Below are positions 1-13,200 of a stretch of 64,000 nt of DNA, one piece after another. Position 1 is the stretch's first letter. Each line of letters begins with the position of its first letter. The position numbers and the translations under genes are program-made. Source of the stretch: Raja brachyura (Eukaryota); contig OY740798.1 of NCBI GenBank assembly GCA_963514005.1, forward strand, positions 44,640,001 to 44,704,000, in the 5' to 3' direction. Under the pieces are notes generated by a model, which had not been told where the DNA came from, ran no database searches, and was given only the letters and a program-made list of their open reading frames with translations.

Positions 1-1040
1 GCCCCAAGAGCTAAATCTATCTCTCTCTTCAAAACATGTGGTGAATTGGCCTCCACTGCCTACTGTGGCAGAGAATTCCACATATTCACAACTCTCTGGG
101 TGAAGAAGTTTTTTGTCATCTCAGTCCTAAATGGCCTACCCCATATTCTTAAAATGTGACTCCTCGTTCTGGATTCCCCAACATCGGAAACATTTTTCCC
201 GCATCTAGCCTGTTCAATCCATTAAGAATGTCATATGTTTCTATAAGATCCCCTCTCATCCTTCTAAATTCCAGTGAATACAAGCCCAGTCGACCCATTT
301 TTTCTGATTCTTGATGCTTCTATTCAATGAAACAGTGCGTTCACTCTTTCTATTCCTCTCATGATTTTATAAACCTTTATAAGATCATCCCACAGCCTCC
401 TGTTTTCCAAGGAATAGTCTTACCCTGCCCAACCCTATAGCTCAGTCTCTCAAGTCCTGGTCATGGCATCATACATCTTCTCTGCTCGTTTTCCAACTTA
501 ATGGGGTCTTTCCCTTAACTGAATACAAAACTCCAATGTAGCCTCAACAACATCTTGTACAACTGTATCATAACATCACAACTTCTATACTCAATACCCT
601 GACTGATTAAAGCAAATGTGCTGAAAGCCTTCTTGACCATCCCGTCTACCTGGAACGCTAATTTCAAGGAACGATGTACCTGCAGTCCTGGATCCCTCTG
701 CTCTACAATACTCCTCAGAGCCCTGTCATTCACTGTGAAGGTCCCGTCCTGGTTTGCCTGCAAATTTACTAATCCTGCCTTGCACATTCAATTCCAAATT
801 GTTGATATAAACTGCAAACAGCTATGGGCCCAGCACAAATCTCTGAGGCACAACACTAGTCATAGGCCTCCAGTCCGAAAAACAATAGTCCCAACTTCTA
901 TACTGAATACCCTGACTGATGAAGGCCAATGTACCGAAAGCCTTCTTGACTACCCTATCTACCTGTGACACCACTTACAAGGAACTATGTACCTGCACTT
1001 CCAAATCCCTCTGCTCTATAACGCTCCCCAGGGGCTTGCC
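1..1040 (-). mobile_element. Clustered CR1-type LINE RT/3' fragments
   Basis: ORF 515..787 (GMVKKAFSTFALISQGIEYRSCDVMIQLYKMLLRLH) matches the CR1 ORF2 C-terminal region; a related segment recurs at about 893-1040. Confidence 0.75.
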
Positions 1041-1128
1041 ATGGGTTTAATGTGAAATAATTTATTGACAAATGTCACAACATAAATGACAATCAGTTAT
1101 TTAGTTTAAAATATATTAATATACAAAC

Positions 1129-1227
1129 CTGCAGAAGCTGGACAAGTTGGTCTCCTGGATGTATTACACATTGTGTCTGGACGCATTTACCACAGCATTC
1201 ACCATTCACCTCTAGGTATTCAAATCC
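1129..1227 (-). CDS. Mucin exon ([33 protein letters not shown]); the remaining C-terminal exons lie beyond position 1
   Basis: aacag acceptor, gtttg donor; 99 nt, phase 0-0. Confidence 0.9.
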
Positions 1228-4200
1228 CTGTTGTAAAGTACATGCGTTACTTCTCTCATAAACTTTTGTTAGAACCCAGCAATAAAATAATAATGATTCA
1301 AATATTGAGTTGTAAAATGTAATTATTTGAATTATTTTTCGTCACGCTTCGATTTTGATTTTGATTTGATCAAAGAGCCACGGGTCACTTGTGATTTAAT
1401 CGCTTCTCGGCCTTGTGGCTGTTTTTCTGAATAACAGGCAGAGGTTGCCTGCAAAGGAGTTGTTTCAATATGTGGACCATCCATTGTATTTGCGAGATAA
1501 CCATCCAGCACAATCCATTAACAATCACCAATTTTCAACATGCAATTACCGGAAAATAATGGACTCATTACTCGAAACAGAAATGTATAAATTATTACTT
1601 GTGCACAATCTTTCTTGCATTCTTCATTCTGACATGACATGGTGTTCAGAAGAGTAGTTGTATCTGTCACATTGTTACAAGTGCATGTTTCACATTTGGA
1701 GGTAGAAAAGACTGCACCAGGCTATGTGAAAAAGAGAAGATACGTTATCTTGGTACATTACTTCAAATGAACGTAGTTGGAAAGAAAAAATGTGTTCAAA
1801 ATAATGAACTTACGTGGTACACTATTCCATTCTTTACACAAACGCCCATTGGTTCTATGAAGGAAATATACCAAGGATCATAAAGTTAATAACTTTAAAA
1901 TAAAATAGCTATTTAATCCAAATCACAGAATCATGCAGAATAGAAATGGGCTCTTACAACCCACCTCATCCAAGCTGACTGCAAAGCCCATCTAAACTAA
2001 TCCCATATCTCTCCAAGTCTTTCCTATCCAGTTATCTGTCTGGGGGGTCACACAAAAAGCTGGAGAAACTCAGCGGGTGCAGCAGCATCTAAGGGGCGAA
2101 GGAAATAGGCGACGTTTCGGGTCGAGACCCTTCTTCCTTAAAAAAATACAGAGTTACCGGGCAGGCAGCAGGGCTGGGCGTCATCGGTAGGCAGGTGGAG
2201 GTCGGCGGCAGCATCGACGTGGAGGTCGGTGAAGGCGGCGTCCTGGTGAGCCCTGGAGGCGCTCCTTGTGGCCAAGATGGCGTCGGGGGACTCAGGCCCG
2301 CGGCTCGGGCCAGAGTTGAGGCCCGGGGCCTGCGGGCGGTCGAGTCGGGGATTGTCGGTAGCTGGAACAGCCTGGAGGCGGGCTAATTTCAGGTCCTTGG
2401 TGGAGGTAAGGTGGGACAGGAATTGTTGATTGAAGTGGTGGATCTTCCGGAGGATGTAGTGTAGTTGGGGTCCGTTGCAGGTTTGGGTAAGTGAGGCCCG
2501 AAGATTCGGGAGAGTCAATGCGAGGTCCTGCTGGTGCCGGCGCATTGCAACCAGGGTGGATCTTAATGCCCGGTTGGAGAATTGCACAGTGTGGCGGCGG
2601 ATGGCCAGTCGGTACCGATAGTCTGGCTGGGGCAGTTATCTGTCTGAATGCCTTTAAAATGTTGTAATTGCACCTGTTTTCTCTTGATCCTCTGGCAGCT
2701 CAGTAGAGATACCCACACCCTCGGTGTAAAACAAACTTGCCCCTCAAATCGTCATTCAATTTCTCATCTCTTAACTCTCTGGTTGTACAATTCCCTGACC
2801 TCGGGAAACATTCTGACCATCTATTGTTTATTTTATTTTAGGTTAGAGATACAGCGCAGGGACAGGTCCTTCGGCCCGCCGGGTCCGCACCGATCAGTGA
2901 TCCCCGCACACTAACACTATCGTACACTCACTAGGGACAATGTTACATTAATACCAAGTCAATTAACCTACAAACATGTACAGTGGCTTGCAAAAGTTTT
3001 CATACCCCTTGAACTTTTCCACATTTTGTCACGTTACAACCACAAATGTAAATGTATTTTATTGGGAATTTATGTGATAGAAACAGTTAGACAGGTACGT
3101 GGATAGGACAGGTTTGGAGAGTTATGGACCAAGCGCAGGCAAGTCGGACTAGTGTAGTTGGGACATTGTTGGCCGGTGTGGGCGAGTTGGGCAGAAGGGC
3201 CTGTTTCCACACTGTATCACTCTGTGACTCTAAATAAGGATAGCACAATGGTGCATGGTTTACAACTGTGATCTCATAACTCCAGCTATCTGAGTTTGAT
3301 CCTGACATCTGGAGTCAGCCAGTCTCCCTGTGGTCTATGGGTTTCTCCAGATACTGTCATGTCCCACAGACATACTGATATGTACGTATGTTAATGGGCT
3401 ACCATAATTTGATGCAGCATGGATGGTGGCTGGAGAATTGGGGAGCGGTGGATGAGGACCAAACAGGATCAGTGCAGACGGGTGCTTGATGTTCAGAGCA
3501 GACCCAATGGGCTGAAGGACCTCTTTCCATGATGTTTAATAAATGAGTTAAAAAGTAGTGACAATCCACGGTTCCACTTTGTCAGCCCCAGTTTTATCAG
3601 GGTGCAATGTGAACCTCATGTCAGAAAAAACAATTTGTATGTGTGGATATTATAAAAGACAAGTTAACAAAGCGAGCATTGTTCCTAGAAGTAGTGACTT
3701 CTGGGACGAATAAAGTTAAACTAGAAGATAACAGGTCATTTTTCCCCGGACAAAAAGTTACTCCAGCTTTTTGTGTCTATCTTCCGTTTAAACCAGCATC
3801 TGCAGTTCCTTCCTGCACAAGTCAAAGATGTCCATGGTTCTGAAAATGGTTATTGGACAGAAGGCAGACAGTGTGCTGGATTTCTTTTTCAGACCAGAGG
3901 GAATGTCTGTGTGTGGAATTCATCAGGCATCAGTGTTGGGATTACTGCTTTGTTTGATACATTGCACTTCACTTGGATCCATGAACATAACCTCATGGAT
4001 CATGGACAACTACCATGTCATAAAGGTTGCTCATTTCAGAGATATTTCCCAGTGTCTAATGTTGGAAATTTTGAAAATTATAATGAAGAAGATTAGTTTG
4101 TAATCTGCTGAACCTAAGAGTTTACGTACTGTGAAAGGACGATGGGCCAAATGGCCTTCATAGGGAACATAAGGAGATTAGTGAGGCAATAATATCATGG

Positions 4201-7200
4201 TGTTTAGGTTCCACAGCATACCAGTTACAATAAACATTGTGGGTTGTAATCTAAGCTGAGCGCAATAAAACTGATCAGGGAGCAATTACTTTTATTGTGC
4301 CCATTTGTTAGATATATCGGAGATTGATTTTCTAAATAACAGAGAACTTAAGGTTAAAGGTTACATTTGGGAAAGATAAAGATAAAGATGAAAGTCTACA
4401 GAAACTGATCAATCATGAATTATTACAAAATAATTAACCTACAAACCTGTACATCTTTGGAATGTGGGAGGAAATGAAGATCTCAGAGAAAACCCACGCG
4501 GTCATGGGGAGAATGTACAAAGTCCATACAGACAGCAGCCATAGTCAGGATCGAGCCCGGGTGTCTGGTGCTGCTAGCATTGTAAGGCAGCAACTCTACC
4601 GCTGCGCCATCGTGCCACCCCATGGGAACAGGTGTTACAGCTCTTGCAGTTCCCCTCTTGCAGGGGAAAGTGCCTGAGGAGGGGACTGATTGTGCGGGAA
4701 GTGATGAGTGAAGCAGGGAGTTGTGGAGGGAGTGGTCATTACAGAGAGGGTTGGGGACTGTGTGCCTGTTCCAATCTATGGCACATTTCTCAGAGTTGTT
4801 CTGAACTGACTGTACTCCTGGGTACCTTTTCCCATGACACGATTGCTCAGAGCTAGAGTCAACAAGGTGTAAGATTGCACTGTTAACTAGAAATAGATTT
4901 ACTTTAGGCATGATCCTGTCTGTGCTTATGATTTATGTAAGCTCTAAACCATAATTATGTTGCAGTATGATTTAAGATAATGGACATTTGCTGCCTATGA
5001 ATTAGTATTAGTTTATTTTTGTTACATGTGCCAAGACGTGTGTCAAGGGTTACAGAGAGAAGGCAGGAGAATGGGGTCAGGAGGAAGAGATAGATCAGCC
5101 ATGATTGAATGGCAGAGAATACTTGAGGGGCTGAATGGCCTAATTCTGCTCCTATCATATGACCTCATGACACAGTGAAAACATTTGTTTTCTATGCTAG
5201 GTTTTGGTTCATTATTGTCACGTGTATCATGGAATAGTTAAAAGCTTTGTTTGCAAGCTATTCCGGGAGATCAGATATACTACCGATAGATACATTCAGT
5301 TCAAACTCAACTACAATAGATAAAGCAAAGGGGAAGATTCAGTGCAGAATATAGTTCTCAGCATTGTAGCGCATCTGCTCCAGAGACAAAGTCCACTGGC
5401 CTCAATACGGTAGAAGTGAATTGAACAGAACCCTAGCTTGTGGATTTGCAATCCAGGTAAATCGTATATAACATGAGTGCCATCATACGGCAATCATTGT
5501 TCCCGATGTTGGGGAGGTCCAGGACAAGGGGTCACAGCTTAAGGATAAGGGGGAAATCCTTTAGGACCGAGATGAGAAGGACTTTTTTCACACAGAGAGT
5601 GGTGGGTCTCTGGAACTCTCTGCCACAGAGGGTAGTTGAGGTCAGTTCATTGGCTATATTTAAGAGGGAGTTAGATGTGGCCCTTGTGGCTAAGGGGATC
5701 AGAGGGTATGGAGAGAAGGCAGGTACGGGATACTGAGTTGGATGATCAGCCATGATCATATTGAATGGCGGTGCAGGCTCGAAGGGCCGAATGGCCTACT
5801 CCTGCACCTAATTTCTATGTTTCTATACGATGCATGAATATAACAGGGGGTGCAAAGGGAAAAAGAAGCAGATGGCAGAATATAGTGACAACTATAATGA
5901 AAGTGCAGATTTAAATAAAAGAGCAAGGGGTGCATTGAGGTAGATTGGGAGCGCAGGAACTTAAGAGAGGACTGTTCAAAAGTATTTTAACACTGTGGTA
6001 CTTGAAGGTTTTGTACTGTCTGCCTGGAGAGAGTGGCCAGGGTGTGAGTACTCCTTGGTTAACTTGCCTTCTTTCCCAAGGCAGACAAGGAAAGTATCTG
6101 AAACGACACATGATGCTATATTAACTTACCACACGAATATACTGGACAACAGCTCCCTTCTGGAATCCTTGATGATGCTTCAAATCCAAGTTTACATTGG
6201 ATTCCATTCTGAGAACAGAGGCTGATGTCACACCCTGGATAAATCACAACAAATTCATGAATTAAGCAACATTAGTGTAAATTAGTGGCAAGCTATTTCT
6301 GATGCTATCGGATTGAATAAAATGCGTTGGCCTGAATTCTGTGGGATGCAGAATTGTCTTCTACAACGATGAGCAACTTTGGAGTTTGCGTGCATTCCTG
6401 GATTTCCCTGAGATGTGAGAAGCCGGGAAATGTGAAGATCCACTAATTTCCCATTATTTCTGCTCACACTGGCGTGGAGATTTGTTCTTCGTTCATTTCA
6501 GCAGAATAATGGCTGCTGGGTGTGGAGCAAGAACTGATTGGTTTAGACTTTAGAAATACAGTCCCTTAGGTCCATCAAGTTCACGCCAACCATTGATACC
6601 CGTACAGTAGCACTATCCTACACACTAGGGACAACTTACAATTTTACCAAAGCCAATTAACCTACAAACCTGTACGTCCTTGGAATGTGGGAGGAAATTG
6701 GAGTACCCAGAGAAAACCCACGTGGTCATGGGGAGAATGTACAAACTCCGTACAGACAGCACCCGTAGTCAGGATCGAACCTGGATCTCTGGTGCAGTAA
6801 GCCAGCAAATCTACTGCTGTGCCAATATGCCACCCCGTCCACATAGACATCACATCATGTTTGAATTTATCTAGTTTATATTTGCTTTAGATTCTAATTT
6901 TTTGGTGTTATGAAGTTTGTTGATTTAAAAAAGTTTGCCATCAATTATTTCTTTAAATAGATTTTTTTTTTGACGGCTGAGCATTGAAAATCATTCAGTT
7001 TCTGACAGCTTTTGAGCGTTTCAACTAAGAGATAACATGGCTGTTCTCTTCTTTCCCAGGGCGGGGGTTTACTCTGGCTCCACATTGAGAGCATCGCATT
7101 GTGGAATACACTGCTAATGTCTACGACATTGTCAACATTAGGTTGGATTAGGTCATCTGTTCAGTGGTTAGCACGATGCTAACCACCAATTCTGTACAGT

Positions 7201-10200
7201 CGTTGTAACTCCAAATTGGTCTGAGTGTCAGTGAAATACTTGTCTAAGTAAGTAAGTTTATTGGTCAAGTATTCACATACAAGGAATTTGCCTTGGTGCT
7301 CCACCCACAAGTAACAACATGATATACAGTGACAGTTATGAAAGACTCAGAAAACACTAAACATTAATAATAATAAGACATTAATGCAGAATGCAGAAAG
7401 TCTGGTCATGTGCGGGACAACGTAGAAAGGATGCAGAGCAGAACTCTGCATTTCCGAATCGGTTAGTTCGGGTGAAAACTGTGACAGCTTAAGTGTGTAC
7501 CTTTGCAGTGACCATGAAACAATCGCATAATCATTTCCTTCAGAACAGAGCTACAACTAGTCAGGAATCTGCCATCAATCTCATATTCTTATAGGACATG
7601 AAACCTTTGCCAATCCCGAATAGTATTTCATTTATTCACCTTTAAAGAAGCATTTATTAGCCAGACCCAATTGCATTTGAGAACTGTACCTTGGTAAACT
7701 AGAGTCCTCCTCCTCCCACAGTGTTAGTGGGAGGGAGTTTCAGGATTTAAATCTAGTAATGAATGAACAATGATGTGTTTCCAAGACAGGACGGTGTGTG
7801 ACTTGGATGGGAATTTGTAGGTGGTGGTGAACCCACACGCCTGCTGCATTGCTTGGTGATTGCCTTTTGTAGATGGCATGTAGGTGACTGGTGATCAGTG
7901 GCGGAGGAAATGCAGATGCTTGACGGGGCACCAGTCAAGTGGACTGCTTTGTGTGGGTTGGGGCTACATTTGTGTGTTATTGCAACTGACGCACAACATT
8001 AATTCCATCTCACTCCTGATGGGCCTTGGAGGTGGTGGAAAGTATTTTGAGTGTCAGGAGATGAGTATAATCAAACTGGAGCCCTGGCCTTCTGCTCTGC
8101 CCCACCATTCCTGGATGATCGATCGACCCCAGTTCAATAGCAATGGAGTGGAACGTTGTAACGATGCCAATTCATGGGTCTGCACTAATATGACTTCATA
8201 CCAAACTTCAAACTGCAGATAATGGAAATTCAAAATAAAAACAAAAAATTCTGGAACCACTGCTGACTGTTTCAGAATTTTCTATTCATACGTAAGGTGT
8301 CAACCACTGTCTGACCTGCAAAATATTATTTTATGAATGGATAGCTGGTGGAAGAGAAGCACATTCTCCTTTGATTCATCTCTCGTTAAGGACATTAAAT
8401 TATATCACAATGAGCTTCCATGTGGTAAAATAACGATCAACTTACTGCAGACAGGTTTTGTACAACAATCATCATCTGGCATGGTTATGTTAACGTTGAT
8501 AAGTCCGTCTCCATCACAGGGTGGCTCGGGGAAATGAGAACAACGATGAGGCCGACAGGTGACGCGATGTGTGGTCTTGTCACAGATGCAGTCCTGGCAG
8601 TTGAACTCGAATCTTTCATCAAACTAGCGAAGAAAAATATGATCATTATGGCTGGCTGTTGGATTGGGCACTTTGTGTTTTCTGCACTCTTTAGACAGGA
8701 TGACCATTCTATCTACACAGATTGTACCATTTGTACTACAGGAAATTGCAACATCAATTGATTCGCAAGACAAGAACAATCCAGACATTATTAGCAATTA
8801 TGTGTCGTGACAGGAAGCACGTCAACAATTTCTAAAAGGGTAAAATGTCAGCGTGCGTGTTAATCCTTCACATAGAATCTCAATCAAGGCTGAATGCTTT
8901 CACCCAAATCCTGACTGTTATATTTATTCTTCATTCAATGTATGTGTTTCTGTTTTAAAAGGCAAATAGTTTCAAACAGCCTTTTAGAAGAGACCAAGGA
9001 TGACAAATGTGAAGCCAGACCTGGAAGTTTGCGGAATTCTATATCTCTCCTAATACTGATGTTAAGATAAAAGGACACAAAGTGCGAGTGCAACTCAGTT
9101 GTGTCAGGCAGTATCTTTGGAGAACATGGATACATTATCTGTAGTTTCAAATACTTTTCTTTAGGATTCCTTTAAATCTCCTTAGGATTTCTCAAGGAAA
9201 TTTTAAACATATATAAATAATGGTTGGCACAAAACACAAAGTGCCAGAGGAACTCACCATCTGGGAGGGAATGGGACATCAGTCTGAAGAAGGGTCGCAA
9301 CCCAAAATGTCATCTGCCCATTGCCTCCCCAGGTGTTGCCTGACTTGGTGAGTTCCTCAAGCACTTTGTGTTTTGCTCAAGATTGCTGCATCTGCAGTTT
9401 CTTGTATTTCTGTATATAATTCCGTTTCTCTGCTTCCTCTTTATGGCCACTTCATTTCTGCACAATGGCAATTCACCCAAGTCTTCCCTCTCTCTTTCTT
9501 TATCTTTTCTAAACGTGTGCTCACAATGATATTCTTAGATAAATACCAAACTAAATGCGATTTTGTGTAGTGTGGATAGTAGATTTAAAAAAAATATATT
9601 ATTAATTCTGCATTTTCTCATTCTCTCTCTTAAACATAATGTGTCCGTACCTATGAAGCAGGGACATCAGGTTGAGAAAAGTCGCTACTGATTGGCACAT
9701 GATAAGATTACAAAAACAGGAATGATAAAATAAGCACGAATCTCTGGAACTTCCTTCACCAATGCTTGAGAATCTGCTTACGGTTCGTCATGGCAGAGGC
9801 AAATAGATAGTATCAATTCACAAGAGGGTTGTCATGAAGGGTTACTGTGGCTAGACTTTCTGAACAGAGGAATAGGCTCAAAGGGCTAACGGGCCTAAAC
9901 CTGTTCTGAATTCAGAAGTTTGTATCATGTAGGAATAAAACATCCCATAAAGACATACAGTTTGGTATGGTAATACGCGGTTTGGGCCATCAATTCCATT
10001 CCCACCATCAAACTACCACGCACACTAATCATCATCATAGTTGCAAACATCAACGGGCACGGTGCCTTCCAATGCTATTATGACAGTGATCGCAACTTCT
10101 ACTGAAGTGTGGATGGCCGTTGGCTCGCTAGGAGCTCATCCGCCCTTTGACAGGTTTTCTTTATTGGTCCTTCTGGGGGTCCACAGCCCCCTCCTCACCT

Positions 10201-13200
10201 GGCAAACCAGGTGGGGGAGATGGTTTAGTCGCCAACTATCTGACCATGGAGCAGGTAGCACGGGATTAGATGGTACCCGTGGCGGAGGGAACTCCCGCCA
10301 ACCTGACCCAAGTTAATCTCATCTTTTATTCTCTCCACGCTCCCATCAATTCTCCCAGGATATTCCACACTAGGGGCAATTTACAGTGGGCAACTAACTA
10401 TCTTGTCTTTGGGACGTGGGAGAAAACTGGAGCACCCGGAGGAAACGCATGACGTCACGGGGAGGACGTTTAAACTCCACACACACACAGCACCGAGGTC
10501 GGGATTGAATCTGGGTCTTCAACGCTATGTGGCAGCGGCTATCTACAACTCTCACAGGTTAGAAGACGTTGTAAAGTACAGTGGATCTTTTGTATCCATC
10601 TGAAAGGGTAGATACAACTTCATTGTAATGGTCGATCTGAAGTGCTGCATCTTTGAGCAAATAGCTGTCTGAGAATGCTACCCTGAGCTGGGGTAGAAAG
10701 TGTACCTCTGAATCAGCAACAATGAAAATCAATAACCTGACAATGTTATGTATGGTGTTGCAAATTGTGAATAATCTCCTTCATGTATTTAGTAATCAAA
10801 GATTCGTATTTTAATGAGCATCATTTTATTAATATCATACCTCTCTGGGTAATCCATCAGGCCCGATGCATCCTGTAAAAGCAAACACAACAATTGCTTA
10901 CATCAATTTGAAAGGATTCCATGGACTGGAAGATTTTGCAACAACGCAAATAATAAGGCAAGACGTTTAAATAATTTTGAACATAAAGTAAAAGAGTCAC
11001 AATATTTACCACATTTATTCACACATAGGTCGGTGTCAGGGCTGAAGAGAATAGTACCACTGGCGCAGAAACAACCTTCCATGAAGCTAAGACCAGTCAA
11101 ATCTGAATTGCTTGGAAATATACATACATAATATATATTAGTACGATACATTTATCCTGATCTATGGCAACAAATAAATTAAATGCATTTAAACTATTTT
11201 AATTTCTATTAAATTTAGATTTGATATCAGTGCAGTGCACTCTGTCTCCTGATCATTACTAACCTTGTAGTGCAAGTAGGTTCTGTTTTAAAGATCTCAC
11301 ATGCTTTATACATCTTGTTGGAAGGACAATTAAAAGCTGTATTGAAAAATAAAAAATCAGATTATTACCAAACCTACATATTAGAAGAACTTAAGCCTTT
11401 TGAAGGTTAGAGGATTAAAACAAAATTAAGTAGTGCACGCACATTAGGTCTTTGAGATGAGAAAGTCACACCTGTCTGTTCATGCTAAGAATACAAGCTA
11501 ATATAATTGCATTTAGCATATTCCAGCAATACATATGATTACCTGGAGCCTGCAGCCCCTGGACCTCTCTTTGAACATGACTTCTAAATAATCTTCACAC
11601 TTGATGGTAAATTTCATTGCATATGAAGCTATTTTAATTGCTAATGTATTTAGTTTTTCAATGTTCTTTACACATCAGATCATAACCCCCCTCTTCACCC
11701 ATATCAATTGTCTACAACTACCAGAGAGCACCAGTGTTAGATTAATTCTCGATCTTGGAAATGGCTGGATACAAATACGTATAAAGGATGGAATTGTTCA
11801 GTTTGTTCAAATTTAACAGTAATCTCAATGCAAATTCAGTTGACGATTTAGGAAATCTTTTTTATCCAGAGGTTTATCAAAATGAGCTATTTGATGTCGC
11901 AAAGACTAGTTGAGATAATTAGTACTGATGCCCACATGGAGAATTTTGATAAACAGATGGAAGAATACAGAACATAAAATATAGAATGGAAGAGCACAGG
12001 CACAAGCCCTTCGACCCACAATATCCATGCCGAATATAATGCCAAATTAAGCTAATCTCATCTGCCTGCGTATGATCCATATCCCTCCATTTCCAATAAA
12101 TCCACGTGCCTAACCAAAAGCCTCTTAAATCCCATTATCGTATCTGTCTCACCACCACCCCTGGCAGCACATTCCAGCCACCCACCATTCTGTCTAAAAA
12201 AAATAGCTCTCCACATCTTCTTTAAACTTTGCCCCTCACACCTTAAAGCTTTGCCTTCTCGTCTTAAAAACATCTAACCTGATATAAAGTAGTCAAAGGA
12301 TATATTGCTGAGGCGAGGTGGGGAAAATTGGGGGAACGTATAACTGGAGCATAAAGATCGGCAATAATCTAATGGGGTGGATGACCTATTACTCTGCTGG
12401 AGTTACGATATGACTAAGTAATACTTACAACATTCCCCACGTGTGGAATTTCTCCATTCAATGCAGATGCCGTGGCTCATGCATGTCTCTGCATAGCTTT
12501 GCAAACTGGAGCACATGACGGAAGCACTTGGTGTCAGACACTCATCGTGAATGCATGCCTGGTAGTAGGAGTCTGGTGGAACCATGACATGACATTTTGC
12601 AAACAGCCTAGAAATAATAAATATCATTAAAGGAGGGGGGACAAAGGACAATGGGCACCCGGTGTGGGGTTGGGGTAGCGCTGGGGGGGAGAACAAAAGG
12701 AGGAGCCGGTGTGCTTTGTACCTTTGTCAGCACTATAGGTGGTTGCTATTTGTATACATTGTGTATGCAAGCAAAGAATCTCACTGTACCTAGTCAATAA
12801 AGTATTCCTATTCCTAAAATTTGATGACATTTTAATTAAATGCATATTCTTAATAAGAAGACAGGCATAGGTAAAGAGCAGTTTCATCTACCTTGAAAGA
12901 AAACCCTGATCAGATTTATTTTAGATTTTCGTCTGTTTCAGGCATAAATTTGCTTGAACCTCCATTAAATAGATTTACGGTATATCATATTTTATAATTC
13001 GCATATTTCTTCTGCGGAAAATCCACTTCTTATTCAGTGCATTGAGTTCCGGCTTTGTGGATGATTCTATCTGGTTAGACACACCCATATCCATTGAAAA
13101 ACTGCCACTGTTTGCTTTGGCATCATGTCCCATTACCTAATCAGAGAAAGGTGCTTGTTCTAATCTCTTACATTTTAATTCTCTTGTAGATAGATTAAAT

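Noticed and set aside
575-1040. Diverged direct repeat (about 575-730 vs 893-1040)
   Set aside because: Two fragments of the same LINE family; ordinary.
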